This document shows, in pieces, positions 1 to 9,160 of a DNA stretch of 56,497 nt. Where the stretch lies: positions 1-56,497 of IMG/VR virus record IMGVR_UViG_3300008267_005425; one strand, given 5' to 3'. This DNA is from a virus. Taxonomy: Duplodnaviria; Caudoviricetes. How positions within the stretch are numbered: the stretch's first letter is position 1; each line of letters starts with the position of its first letter. The translations under genes and the position numbers were made by a program. The notes beneath the pieces were generated by a model. The model made no database searches. It saw only the letters and a program-made list of their open reading frames with translations, and was not told where the DNA came from.

Positions 1-594
1 AATACTGTACATACTCTCTTTGTCGTCGTTCTCTAGTGTAATACGTTTACGTGTACTCTCATTAAGTCGGTTGTAGTTTTGTATCCACCTCTGTATTACA
101 CCCTCCTTATCACCATAAGTAGCACCTATGTGTATGTTGATCTTGTTGTATGGACTTGGTTTGAATCCCATAAGATCGAATACCTCTGAGTGGTTCTGCA
201 AATCCACGATAGTACGTTCTACTACTTCGGGCTTAGTTGATCCTAGAATGTTAAATGGTCCTGGATGAAAGCTGAGACGTTGACCGTCTTGTGTAACAAA
301 GTCACCAATCTCTTTGAGTGTTGTAAGTATCTCTTGGTACTGAGGTAGTTGTTCTAACTTATACTCACTCTGCCACGGAAATATATCTGAACCGATTCGG
401 TACAACTTTATTCCGTTAGCACTATTCCACTTGACGATTGTCAGTAGGTCTTTGATATTTTGCAAACCTAACTCACCGACGTACTCTAATCCCTTTTCCT
501 GGAATGTGGCCTTGCGACAAGTTCTACCTGCAAAGATATTCTTCTTGCGGAGTTGCATATTGATGCATGCGTATCCTAAATTGAGTTCTGTCAT
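1..594 (-). CDS. uvsE: UV damage endonuclease UvsE/UVDE (3' end runs off the window)
   Basis: Not in the ORF track. Manual translation gives MTELNLGYACINMQL...LYRIGSDIFPW...RLSFHPGPFNILGS...INIHIG...RITLENDDK, the hallmark UVDE motifs. Confidence 0.93.
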   Translation of the reverse strand, partial: MTELNLGYACINMQLRKKNIFAGRTCRKATFQEKGLEYVGELGLQNIKDLLTIVKWNSANGIKLYRIGSDIFPWQSEYKLEQLPQYQEILTTLKEIGDFVTQDGQRLSFHPGPFNILGSTKPEVVERTIVDLQNHSEVFDLMGFKPSPYNKINIHIGATYGDKEGVIQRWIQNYNRLNESTRKRITLENDDKESMYSI

Positions 595-610
595 ATCTTT
601 TTTCTTATGC

Positions 611-643
611 CTAAAGATACTACAACAGAATCGATTTTGCAAC
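611..643 (-). promoter_or_regulatory. Early/host-RNAP promoter GTTGCAA-N17-TATCTTTAG upstream of uvsE
   Basis: Same motif and 17-nt spacing as the copies at 17574, 24794, 25758 and 26323; resembles the Bacteroidota -33 TTG / -7 TAnnTTTG consensus. Confidence 0.75.
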
Positions 644-645
644 AG

Positions 646-870
646 CTACATAGGAATTATTTTTGCTGTCAGTCCGTTTGATACAAGAAGGTTTCTATAA
701 GCCTCTGCTTTTTCCTTTTGCTTTTCCGGTAGGGTCTTGACTATGTAGCTCCCTCTGTTATGTATCATCTCTGCACATTGATATGCTTGGGTTGGATGAT
801 ATCCGAAGGTAGTTGATAACACTTCGATCACTAGCTTGAGATGATTAAAGTCATCGTTGAATACAACTAT
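646..870 (-). CDS. clpS: ClpS-like N-end-rule adaptor (start codon uncertain or missing)
   Basis: The frame extends upstream of the called GTG to give IVVFNDDFNHLKLVIEVLSTTFG...AYQCAEMIHNRG, with the ClpS NDD motif and conserved His. No ATG is present in frame upstream. Confidence 0.75.
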   Translation of the reverse strand: MVVFNDDFNHLKLVIEVLSTTFGYHPTQAYQCAEMIHNRGSYIVKTLPEKQKEKAEAYRNLLVSNGLTAKIIPM

Positions 871-872
871 GC

Positions 873-1274
873 CTATTTTCTTACCACTTGCCCTTGTATA
901 CTCTTGATCTTGTTATCGATAATAACGCTATAAGCGCCGAATGCTTTTGCATGAGGACATGCGGCACATATTTGTGCTCGATTGTTAGCCATGATCTCCG
1001 TATGTTTATTTGGGAATGCCAGTCCCGCAAAACCATCGACGATGTTCTTAATCTTGATTTGATACTCAGGGTTTGCTTTCACTTTTTTCTTTTTACGTTT
1101 ACCTATTTTAGGCAATCTTATTCTCTCAAGTTGCTCAAGGATTGTAACAACCATCATTGCCGGAAGTAGTACCCATCCTTTGATTTTTTTGTAACTATCC
1201 TTACGTCGGTGATTTCGTAAAAACTTTCTTTCTACATTACGCACACCATTCATAAACGATCTTCGAACTCCCAT
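873..1274 (-). CDS. Hypothetical CxxC Zn-finger protein, C-terminus apparently disrupted
   Basis: RAQICAACP motif; a KGKW-stop ending lies in the +1 frame at 881-895. Confidence 0.55.
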   Translation of the reverse strand: MGVRRSFMNGVRNVERKFLRNHRRKDSYKKIKGWVLLPAMMVVTILEQLERIRLPKIGKRKKKKVKANPEYQIKIKNIVDGFAGLAFPNKHTEIMANNRAQICAACPHAKAFGAYSVIIDNKIKSIQGQVVRK

Positions 1275-1275
1275 A

Positions 1276-1899
1276 TTACAAATTGTTTAGATTATCTAGT
1301 ATAGCTTTTTTTTCTTCATCTGACAACAGATCCAAGTCTGCCAATGCATCCAAAGTATCTTGCTTTCCTTCAAATAGCTCTGAGGTATATTGTTCCGGTC
1401 TCTCAGTCGAATCCTTGAGTAGAGTCTTTTTGAGATCCCCTACATGAATAAAATAGCAGTTGTAGCATAGTACCTCTAGGTTATCGAACTTGTGATTAGT
1501 CTTATCACCATCAACGTGATTCAGCACCAGAGGTGTTTTGAGATCGGTAGGTCTCTTTTGGTGAAACCCACAGCTCTTGCACTTCTCTTCTATATAGCCA
1601 CTCTGCAATAATCGTTTGAAGAGTTTGTGGGCTGGATAGTTAGGATGCTTTCCTAGAATGATGTCATCAACTTTATGCCTTGAGTCTGCTACCCTATTCT
1701 TAGCAACACCAATACCAGCTTGATTCTTGTGTGTATCAAACAACGGTACACCAAACTCATTCTTGTACGCTTTCGCATACCTCTTGTACATATTAAAGCT
1801 TACACGTAGGTATTCGGCTGCTGCCTTGTTTGATCGTGTAACCTTCATTGCTGCTTCAATCTGAGACTGAAGCAGCATAGTTGTTCTAAACTTTTTCAT
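1276..1899 (-). CDS. HNH-family protein with an N-terminal HTH-like region
   Basis: CKSCG...LVLNHVDGDKTNHKFDNLEVLCYNC; likely start is MKKFRTT at 1899. Confidence 0.8.
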   Translation of the reverse strand: MKKFRTTMLLQSQIEAAMKVTRSNKAAAEYLRVSFNMYKRYAKAYKNEFGVPLFDTHKNQAGIGVAKNRVADSRHKVDDIILGKHPNYPAHKLFKRLLQSGYIEEKCKSCGFHQKRPTDLKTPLVLNHVDGDKTNHKFDNLEVLCYNCYFIHVGDLKKTLLKDSTERPEQYTSELFEGKQDTLDALADLDLLSDEEKKAILDNLNNL

Positions 1900-1901
1900 A
1901 A

Positions 1902-2405
1902 CTACAATTTCGCCATCAACTGCTTGACGCTGATACACTTTTCGTATGCTTCTATTTCAATAAAATGCTGCAATGCCTGCTCCAATCCACGCTTCCAGTT
2001 AGGCTTCTTTGAGGTTAGATAAACTCCCGTTCCATTCAACTCGAATAATCTAATCTCGTTACGGTTGACATGAAGCCCCTCTTTAATAGCTTGTATGATT
2101 CTATCGTACACTGCCTCTTTATTATCTTCAAAATACTCTTCCGCTTCTTCCTCATCTAACACTGGGATGACTGGTATCTCTGTGAACTTGAACTCCTCTT
2201 GATTAGGTTCAATGATCTCAATGTCCAGTGCGTTGTAAAGATCAGCCAACTTCCACACTACCTCATCTCTCTTTGCAACTCCATCAACAGACTCCTTGTG
2301 TATGCAGTTACCACTATCCACAACAGCAATGATATACGATTGCTTCTTCGTTGCAGATCTTGTGACTACTATTTTCATTGTCATCTGTTTGCAATAAATA
2401 GTCAC
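1902..2405 (-). CDS. Hypothetical protein, C-terminal UVR-like motif (EAYEKC)
   Basis: ORF in the operon; TATTTATT motif at its 5' end. Confidence 0.65.
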   Translation of the reverse strand: MTIYCKQMTMKIVVTRSATKKQSYIIAVVDSGNCIHKESVDGVAKRDEVVWKLADLYNALDIEIIEPNQEEFKFTEIPVIPVLDEEEAEEYFEDNKEAVYDRIIQAIKEGLHVNRNEIRLFELNGTGVYLTSKKPNWKRGLEQALQHFIEIEAYEKCISVKQLMAKL

Positions 2406-2408
2406 ATA

Positions 2409-2567
2409 CTAGCGGCTCACAGCGTAAATTGTGAGGAAGGATTTTAGGTCTAGCTGTTTTCTTTCAGCAAAAGCTAAAGCAGCCTGCAATCTCGATTCGA
2501 TAGTGATACTGCCTAATTTTTCCTTTTTTTTATCCTTCCTAGAATGATAGAAGTATGTTTTTTTCAT
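2409..2567 (-). CDS. Small hypothetical protein (52 aa)
   Basis: Manual translation MKKTYFYHSRKDKKKEKLGSITIESRLQAALAFAERKQLDLKSFLTIYAVSR fills the gap; the start overlaps the upstream stop. Confidence 0.65.
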   Translation of the reverse strand: MKKTYFYHSRKDKKKEKLGSITIESRLQAALAFAERKQLDLKSFLTIYAVSR

Positions 2568-2809
2568 TTTATTCTTACTTTAAGTTTTTGTATTGCAGTC
2601 AAAAACTCCTCCACCGTGAATGTAGCCTTTGACATATCTGTAGCAATCTTAATGAGTGGCAGTAGTTCTGGCTCTCTGTCTACGATCTTCATCAAGGTAG
2701 TCAGCGCAGTACCCGCCCAAAAGGTTCCAAAGGAAGACTCCCCTAGCAAGTTTGCTTCGTTAAGAGTATCCTCTTCCTTATCACCAGGCATCATCAAAAA
2801 GAATTGCAT
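2564..2809 (-). CDS. Hypothetical protein
   Basis: ORF overlapping both neighbours in operon fashion. Confidence 0.65.
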   Translation of the reverse strand: MQFFLMMPGDKEEDTLNEANLLGESSFGTFWAGTALTTLMKIVDREPELLPLIKIATDMSKATFTVEEFLTAIQKLKVRIK

Positions 2810-4029
2810 ACGATTAGTTTTTGTTGATACTCTTCCGTACTGTGGATAGTGACTTTGAATATGTCCAAAGTAAACTCCCCTACTTCACCATTGTCTTTGA
2901 TAATTTGAGAAAGTTGCTCAATGTACTGGTAGTTATGGTTTCCTAACAACCTAGCGTCAAACTCAACAACTATGTCATTTTCTCCGTACGGATCGTTATG
3001 AGATACGTGAAGTACTCTCTTTGTAAGATCAAAGTTAGTATTTGGTTGCTCTTGTTCGATGTAGTGAGATGTGAGCACTTGCATATCATCCTCTACATAT
3101 ATTCTATCGCACCACGGCTCTAGCACATTAAGAACCTCTAAATTGCAGTTACGAACAACAAACGCAATGTTATACTTTGGTGGTACAATAGGCATTAGAA
3201 GGTTGTCGTGAAGTACGTTGCATCCCCACTTTCTCCACCATTCTCGAAACTTAATAACTCTAAGAGCTTTGTACTCTTCCGAATCCTTTGGCTTGTACCA
3301 TATAGTTCCATCTGGCAGTGGTATCTCTGCTTCTATTTCAATACCATCCTTAAACCTACTACCTCTGCAAGTCATATGATATACAAAGGAGTCTCGAGAT
3401 TGCACTAGTTCGTACCCAGCCAAGTGCATGCGATTGAATATGTCAGAATCTTCTAGCTCCATTGGAGCAAATAAAGGATCGTGACCTCCAATAGCTAAAA
3501 AATCCTCCTTGTACATGCACCATGGTGCAAATATGCCAGTAGTAGTTTTATCGCTATTAAGCTCCTCTAGCGCTAGCACTTCGGTTGCAAACTCATCTTT
3601 CTTAAATTCCTCAGGTTCGAATCCATAAGCTCTAACATACTTCTCCGGTCCTGGTGGATGAAGTGGTGGTTCAATTCTGGTTGCAGCTACTACGCTCTTT
3701 TTCGTTAGATGTTTGAGAAGGTTTGGTATATGATTAGGGGTTGAGATCATATCTGCATGAAATATAGTGAACACCTCTGTACGACTAATCTCAACCCCTT
3801 TGTCGTATAATATTGTGTGTCCTACTCTATCAGGACCCTCATTTCTGTAACCTATGATGTTGTTTCGGTTTCTGCCTAAAGACTCTATCCACTCCCAAGT
3901 GCCGTCATTCGATGCATCATCTAGTAACACTATGTCGTGGTTTGATCCATAGCACTGCTCAATCGACTCTACAGCCTGCTGTAAGTATTTGAGATTATTT
4001 CTTGATGGTATGATAAAACTTATTCGCAT
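2794..4029 (-). CDS. Glycosyltransferase family 2 with C-terminal extension
   Basis: ISFIIPSRN, DDASNDGT, HADM, IGGHDPLF...EDSD. Confidence 0.9.
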   Translation of the reverse strand: MRISFIIPSRNNLKYLQQAVESIEQCYGSNHDIVLLDDASNDGTWEWIESLGRNRNNIIGYRNEGPDRVGHTILYDKGVEISRTEVFTIFHADMISTPNHIPNLLKHLTKKSVVAATRIEPPLHPPGPEKYVRAYGFEPEEFKKDEFATEVLALEELNSDKTTTGIFAPWCMYKEDFLAIGGHDPLFAPMELEDSDIFNRMHLAGYELVQSRDSFVYHMTCRGSRFKDGIEIEAEIPLPDGTIWYKPKDSEEYKALRVIKFREWWRKWGCNVLHDNLLMPIVPPKYNIAFVVRNCNLEVLNVLEPWCDRIYVEDDMQVLTSHYIEQEQPNTNFDLTKRVLHVSHNDPYGENDIVVEFDARLLGNHNYQYIEQLSQIIKDNGEVGEFTLDIFKVTIHSTEEYQQKLIVCNSF

Positions 4030-4031
4030 AA

Positions 4032-4706
4032 TTATTTTCTAATAAACCAATGAACTTGGTTTGGGTGTACACTTAACTTCAGATCATTTTGATTGACAAA
4101 ATCAGTCACAGCATTTCTAACATCTGCACAGGTCCAATCATCACCAAAGATTAATCCTCCTTGTTTGGCTAGAGGGTAGTAATTAGTTAAGTCTAAAATC
4201 ACATCCCAATACTCGTGGCTTCCATCGATGTAGATCATATCCGCTTGTAGGTTGTTCTTTTCGAACACCTTTTGTAAGATTATTGCTGCAGTGATTGATG
4301 GATATGCAAAAGGTAATATGCTGTTTTGCAATTCAGCGTAACATATATTCGCTAAGAAGTTGTAATAGAATGTTGGGTATCCATTTTTTCTCTTTATTCG
4401 TGATGTTGGGTTGAATGTAGCTTCCTCCCAATGATCTGCACCACCCATCCAACTATCAACACACAAAGTGACGCCATCTGGATTATTTTTTATCATTTCG
4501 GTAGTCATTCCAGTTGCAGACCATCCAAGAAACGATCCTACTTCTAATATAAGTGATGGCTTTTCTTCTCGAACAATTGATTGTAGTAACTCGTTAGCTG
4601 GCATAGAACCAGGTGATAGTGTGTTTTCGTATTGCGTGTGTTCGAAGTTCTCGTAAACGTCCAACTCTCCATGAAGTAGTGATTTGATCTTTGTGAATTG
4701 TGTCAT
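4032..4706 (-). CDS. Class I SAM-dependent methyltransferase (Methyltransf_24-like)
   Basis: LEVGSFLGWS, CVDSW, DMIYIDGSHEY, GGLIFGDD. Confidence 0.9.
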   Translation of the reverse strand: MTQFTKIKSLLHGELDVYENFEHTQYENTLSPGSMPANELLQSIVREEKPSLILEVGSFLGWSATGMTTEMIKNNPDGVTLCVDSWMGGADHWEEATFNPTSRIKRKNGYPTFYYNFLANICYAELQNSILPFAYPSITAAIILQKVFEKNNLQADMIYIDGSHEYWDVILDLTNYYPLAKQGGLIFGDDWTCADVRNAVTDFVNQNDLKLSVHPNQVHWFIRK

Positions 4707-4730
4707 ATTGTTTATTTATTAGTATAGCGA

Positions 4731-5453
4731 TTATTGTTCGATTTCAAAACAAAAATCTTTTAATTCTTTTAGTTGCTGCTTCAGAGATTGAGTTTTGATA
4801 TCACCTTTCAAACACTTATTCTTTCCCTGATGTACTGGCTCCACTACTACATCCTTGTTGTAGAAATCCTTAAATAGATTTAGCATGTCATACTTGCTTA
4901 TTGGTTCACCTTCTAGTGTAGTTTGTACTTGATAAGACTCCCAGTCAGAAATAAGTTTATGACATTGCTTTGCCCACTCAAGTGTTGTGTTACCATTCCA
5001 GATAGCGTTGGTGTAACCACTTACGGTACCGGTTTGATTCAGAAACCATTCCATCAAACCAAAATGAGTACCACGCTCAGGTCCTATGATACTCGTCTTT
5101 AATATCTTTGTGTTTTTACTATACATTACAAGGTACTCGCTAGCCAATCTTTTTGAATTACCATACGAATCTGGATCCGATTCGCAATCAGTTCCCGGAT
5201 GGATAACTCTACACGGTGCATTATTGCTCAGCCATATAGGTAAGTCTGTGTTTATTTTAAAGTCGCTAGTACGTTGTGGAATGGCTCCTATGCAGTTAAG
5301 AATAAAATCTCCCTTAAAGTTTGAGACTTGGTTTGTAAATTCTGCATCATCGAAACGTAGTGACAAAGTGGATACATCAAATCCCTGCCTTGTGAAGTAT
5401 TCGACTAACATCGAACCTAACATTCCGTTATGTCCTAAGATTAGTATATTCAT
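4731..5453 (-). CDS. RmlD-like NDP-4-keto-6-deoxysugar reductase (SDR)
   Basis: ILILGHNGMLG, LNCIG, TDC, YGNSK, TSIIGPE, WNGNTT; start reassigned to MNILILG. Confidence 0.82.
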   Translation of the reverse strand: MNILILGHNGMLGSMLVEYFTRQGFDVSTLSLRFDDAEFTNQVSNFKGDFILNCIGAIPQRTSDFKINTDLPIWLSNNAPCRVIHPGTDCESDPDSYGNSKRLASEYLVMYSKNTKILKTSIIGPERGTHFGLMEWFLNQTGTVSGYTNAIWNGNTTLEWAKQCHKLISDWESYQVQTTLEGEPISKYDMLNLFKDFYNKDVVVEPVHQGKNKCLKGDIKTQSLKQQLKELKDFCFEIEQ

Positions 5454-6117
5454 TTTTATAGTAGTTAAGTATGCTGTATAAAATGCCAGATAGGTCACCC
5501 ATGACCTCTATCGACTTATCGTGAAGACCTTTTAGCAAGTAATATACTTCGTTTACTTTTGTACGATACAATACATATTCTGTTGTTTGGTTGTCTATAA
5601 CCAAAATAGCATCATAAACCCAACACAAGTTTACCACATTTGAGTTATACTTGCAGTCTATGTTGTGAACAATGCTGTAAGCAAAGGTATTTACAAAGGA
5701 GTTGTAGTTTGGTTTACCGTGAGTTCCAAATAAATTTGGTAATTGATATGATTCAAATTTAGTATTGTACTGCATGCAATACTCTCGAATGATTTGCTTG
5801 GCTTTAATCTTCGATCTACCATACGGAGTGTCTTCCAACTCCCTGATAGATGATATGTACTTTACTGGAATATGTATGTTTTGTTCCACTAAACCATCTA
5901 CTAACTCTTGAGCCAAGTTTACATTACCCCAATAAACATCATCATCGTTGCTAGCTCTATTCACTCCCGCTGCATGAATAAGTAAGTCGCAATCTTTAAG
6001 AAGGTGTAAGTTTGTTAAGAAGTCCCTACCCAGCTGCACTACGGTAGCCTTGTTACTGTAGTAGTAGCGTAAGTGATATCCCAAAAACCCAGTCTCCCCA
6101 GTTATAGCTACTTTCAT
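5428..6117 (-). CDS. CapF/WbjC-like NAD-dependent epimerase/reductase (SDR domain only)
   Basis: ITGETGFLG, HAAGVNR, YGRSK, LPNLFG..GKPNYNSFV; no C-terminal cupin domain. Confidence 0.8.
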   Translation of the reverse strand: MKVAITGETGFLGYHLRYYYSNKATVVQLGRDFLTNLHLLKDCDLLIHAAGVNRASNDDDVYWGNVNLAQELVDGLVEQNIHIPVKYISSIRELEDTPYGRSKIKAKQIIREYCMQYNTKFESYQLPNLFGTHGKPNYNSFVNTFAYSIVHNIDCKYNSNVVNLCWVYDAILVIDNQTTEYVLYRTKVNEVYYLLKGLHDKSIEVMGDLSGILYSILNYYKNEYTNLRT

Positions 6118-7046
6118 TGTTTGAAATAGTTGTAAGTTTTTAGGATGAACTGCAATTCGTCTTTGGATACTGTAACAAGATTGGACGTAAACTCATCCCA
6201 GGAAAACTCACTATCATGTACATCTTTGTAGTGCATATAAAAAGTATCGTGATGCTCGTTATAGAAGGTGCGCGGAACCTCTTCCTTGCTGACCATCATT
6301 TCGTGTAGTTTTTCGGATATGCGAGGTTGACCTAAATCATAGCCCAACCCAAACTCCTCTGCATAAATCTCAAACAGGTCTTGTATTTTAAACGCTTTTA
6401 AGTTTGGAATAACACTATACCCACTCACCTCGAGTCCACGTTCGATTAGATCGATAGCTTGCTCTATATCAATCATAAATCGTGTCATCTGAGGAGAGTA
6501 TAACTTCAATCTATAGCCCTTCGATATAGCATCCCAGATGAGTGGGATTACACTACCAGTACTATTAAGTACGTTACCATAGATTGCTGTACTCAGCCTT
6601 ACCTTTGACTTTTCGGCATTGACTATGAAGGCTTCACCTGCAACAAACTTCATTGCTCCATATAGTGTAGTTGCTGCTCTTGATTTATCTGACGAGATGA
6701 AGCATGCAGCTTCCATTCCTACCTCTTCAGCAACTCTTCTGGAGTTAATTGCTCCATCGATAATCACTCTTACACCTTCTTCAACGTTTTGATCTACTGC
6801 CTCTATTTGTTTCAGTGAGGCTGCAAAGATTCCAATATCGTGTCCATCAGCAGCTCGTCTCATCAAATCATAATTTCGTACATCACCAACAACGCAAGTT
6901 ATATTGGGAAACTCCTTTTTGAGGTAATAGTGCTTTGCCTCATCGCGAGAATAAACAGTAATCTCATTATCGCTGTAGTATCTCTTAACTATACTTCTTC
7001 CTAGATATCCAGCACCACCTGTGATAAAAATCTTTTTATTCTTCAT
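6114..7046 (-). CDS. UDP-GlcNAc 4,6-dehydratase, CapE/FlaA1/PseB family
   Basis: ITGGAGYLG, YSRDEAKH, GDVRN, AASLKQI, ISSDK, YGAMK, YGNVLNSTGSVIP, MTRF, EKLHE. Confidence 0.9.
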   Translation of the reverse strand: MKNKKIFITGGAGYLGRSIVKRYYSDNEITVYSRDEAKHYYLKKEFPNITCVVGDVRNYDLMRRAADGHDIGIFAASLKQIEAVDQNVEEGVRVIIDGAINSRRVAEEVGMEAACFISSDKSRAATTLYGAMKFVAGEAFIVNAEKSKVRLSTAIYGNVLNSTGSVIPLIWDAISKGYRLKLYSPQMTRFMIDIEQAIDLIERGLEVSGYSVIPNLKAFKIQDLFEIYAEEFGLGYDLGQPRISEKLHEMMVSKEEVPRTFYNEHHDTFYMHYKDVHDSEFSWDEFTSNLVTVSKDELQFILKTYNYFKQ

Positions 7047-7959
7047 CTCTGTAATGATTATCTACTAATATAAGAAATTCTTTCATTCTTTGCAACCAAG
7101 TGTGTTTTTTAATACATACCTGCTGTGCGTTATATGCCATCTCCTCTCGTTTTTGATCATTGTGAAGGTAGTATTCAAACAACTCTAGCCAGTTGTTCTC
7201 ATCACCAACAACTACAAACCCCTCGAAGTATTCTAAAGCTAGGGGGTGATCGCATAGCTGAAAGTTACCACTCAAGGCTATATTGTAAACCGATTGATTG
7301 CAGTCGGAGCGATCCGGAAACTCACCCATTCCTGGCTTTTGATAAGGGACATGAAAGTTTATGTTAATCTTTGTTTGATTTCTAATTACATTGTGTTCTG
7401 GATAAGGAACAAATCCGTACTGATACTTTCCGTAAGTCATACCACCTAAGAAACAATTGTATCGTGGGTTGTCAAATATAGGATACAAAAACCTATCTTC
7501 GCCCCTATAACCATGGCTAAGGTTTCCAATAAAGCATGTATCGTAAATCTTAGGCATCTCAACTTTGCTAAATAGCATATGATTTGCTGCTAAGGGTATG
7601 TTGTACCACTGAAAGCCATTGAGGTTGTAAAGTCTCTTAGTTGTTGGACAGTGGTCGATAGCTCCTACAAAGAAGTCGACAATGCCTTTAAATTTTAAGT
7701 AATCCGGGTTCCACTCTGAACTAGCTCCTATGATCTTGGTATTAGGGTAGTTCTTTTTAAATTGTTCAAACTCTCCAAGAAGATGTCCAGGAATGCCAGC
7801 ATACACTAATAGATCCACCTCCTCTTGTATTTCTAATATGGAGTGGTTTGGGATTGGTAAATAAAATACCTCGTGGCCTAAATCTTGAAGACCTAATGAC
7901 CACTCTAGTAAAATTGGAGTAGCGTGGTTTATTGTATCACAAAGTATTATCTTTTGCAT
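7036..7959 (-). CDS. Glycosyltransferase, CgeB / Glyco_trans_1_2-like
   Basis: PLAAN, FIGN, KININFH, SGNFQLCD, YYLHND..RE, HTW..RM. Confidence 0.8.
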   Translation of the reverse strand: MQKIILCDTINHATPILLEWSLGLQDLGHEVFYLPIPNHSILEIQEEVDLLVYAGIPGHLLGEFEQFKKNYPNTKIIGASSEWNPDYLKFKGIVDFFVGAIDHCPTTKRLYNLNGFQWYNIPLAANHMLFSKVEMPKIYDTCFIGNLSHGYRGEDRFLYPIFDNPRYNCFLGGMTYGKYQYGFVPYPEHNVIRNQTKININFHVPYQKPGMGEFPDRSDCNQSVYNIALSGNFQLCDHPLALEYFEGFVVVGDENNWLELFEYYLHNDQKREEMAYNAQQVCIKKHTWLQRMKEFLILVDNHYRDEE

Positions 7960-8516
7960 ATCTCACTCCATGGTAATATGTTCAACAGCTCTTGTCTATT
8001 GCTTTCTAAAAACTCCCAAGTAGGTTCTATAGTAAGATTGTGAGTCTTCTGGTGTCCTCTTCTAACAACACCACAAAATGAAGATTCTATTCCAAACATC
8101 TCTAAATCACTTCGAGTACCCCTTAGTGTAGCAAAAACCTCCCAAGCGTTGTGACTAAACTGAGGAAGCATTAACTCAGGAGTGAATGGGTTGATGTCAT
8201 CCATGATAATAGTACCGTTAGCTGATAAATGTTGAAGTGAATTTTCAAAGTCCTTCATTACTTGCGTCTTCTCGTGAGATGCATCTATGAATATGATATC
8301 CCACTCCTTAGACTCAGCATGCTCCTCAAAAAATTGATCTGTAGTCATCACGTAATCAGGATTGCTATTTGGGTCTAAATCAACTCCAGTTTTATCCATA
8401 GACATGATGTGGTTAAATGTATTCGTTCTATCCCTCACTCCCAACTCTAAGTAACTCTTGTAGTTGTATCTGTCAATAAAATGGTTGATGATTGGATAGT
8501 ATGGTAAATTTTGCAT
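7947..8516 (-). CDS. Class I SAM-dependent methyltransferase
   Basis: SYLELGV, GVD, TTDQFF, DIIFIDASH, GTIIMDD. Confidence 0.85.
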   Translation of the reverse strand: MQNLPYYPIINHFIDRYNYKSYLELGVRDRTNTFNHIMSMDKTGVDLDPNSNPDYVMTTDQFFEEHAESKEWDIIFIDASHEKTQVMKDFENSLQHLSANGTIIMDDINPFTPELMLPQFSHNAWEVFATLRGTRSDLEMFGIESSFCGVVRRGHQKTHNLTIEPTWEFLESNRQELLNILPWSEICKR

Positions 8517-8521
8517 GTTAG

Positions 8522-9160
8522 TTAGTTTAGATTTTCTTTAATATAGAGATCCTCCCAACCTTCACTGATTCTGCCTCCTATTCTTACAAAATTAAAGTAC
8601 ATATGATTAGGCCGAGCTTTTAGTAGTATTGTTGGGTTTAGACTTTTTGTGAAATCGTTTCCTTTAATTTCAAAATCCCACGGAGAATACTCAGGTCGCA
8701 GTACTTGCTTAAGGTATTCTGTTTTCCATATGGCTGGTTGAATTGAGTTCAAATAATCGCTACTCATTTTGAAACGATATAGATCATCTTTAATATGATC
8801 TAGCTGATAAATTGGCTCACCGTAATCAATGTCTGGCATGATCTTAACTGCGCCATGCTGCTCTAAGATTCTAATGTGGTTATCAACAAAGCTTTGTGTG
8901 AATGGTTCGGTTAGATAGTAGTCATCTAGTACAAAAAACACATACTCAGTTTCAATGTGTTTGAGAGCTTCTAAGATACGCTCTCCCCAATCCTTCCTAC
9001 CTGGTGTAATTGTTTGGTAGTGGTCACTATCAAAGCTCTCCGTCTCACTGACTAATATGTTTTTAGTCGGAAGCTTCCAGTAGCGCTGAAATAGAATGTC
9101 AAAGTTTTTCCACAAAGGTGAATAAGAATCACAAGATCCTATTAATACGGATATGTTCAT
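8522..9160 (-). CDS. Putative GT-A fold glycosyltransferase
   Basis: SCDSY..LW, W.ER, LDDYYL (DxD-like), QPAIW, SPWDFE; lies within the glycosylation cluster. Confidence 0.65.
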   Translation of the reverse strand: MNISVLIGSCDSYSPLWKNFDILFQRYWKLPTKNILVSETESFDSDHYQTITPGRKDWGERILEALKHIETEYVFFVLDDYYLTEPFTQSFVDNHIRILEQHGAVKIMPDIDYGEPIYQLDHIKDDLYRFKMSSDYLNSIQPAIWKTEYLKQVLRPEYSPWDFEIKGNDFTKSLNPTILLKARPNHMYFNFVRIGGRISEGWEDLYIKENLN

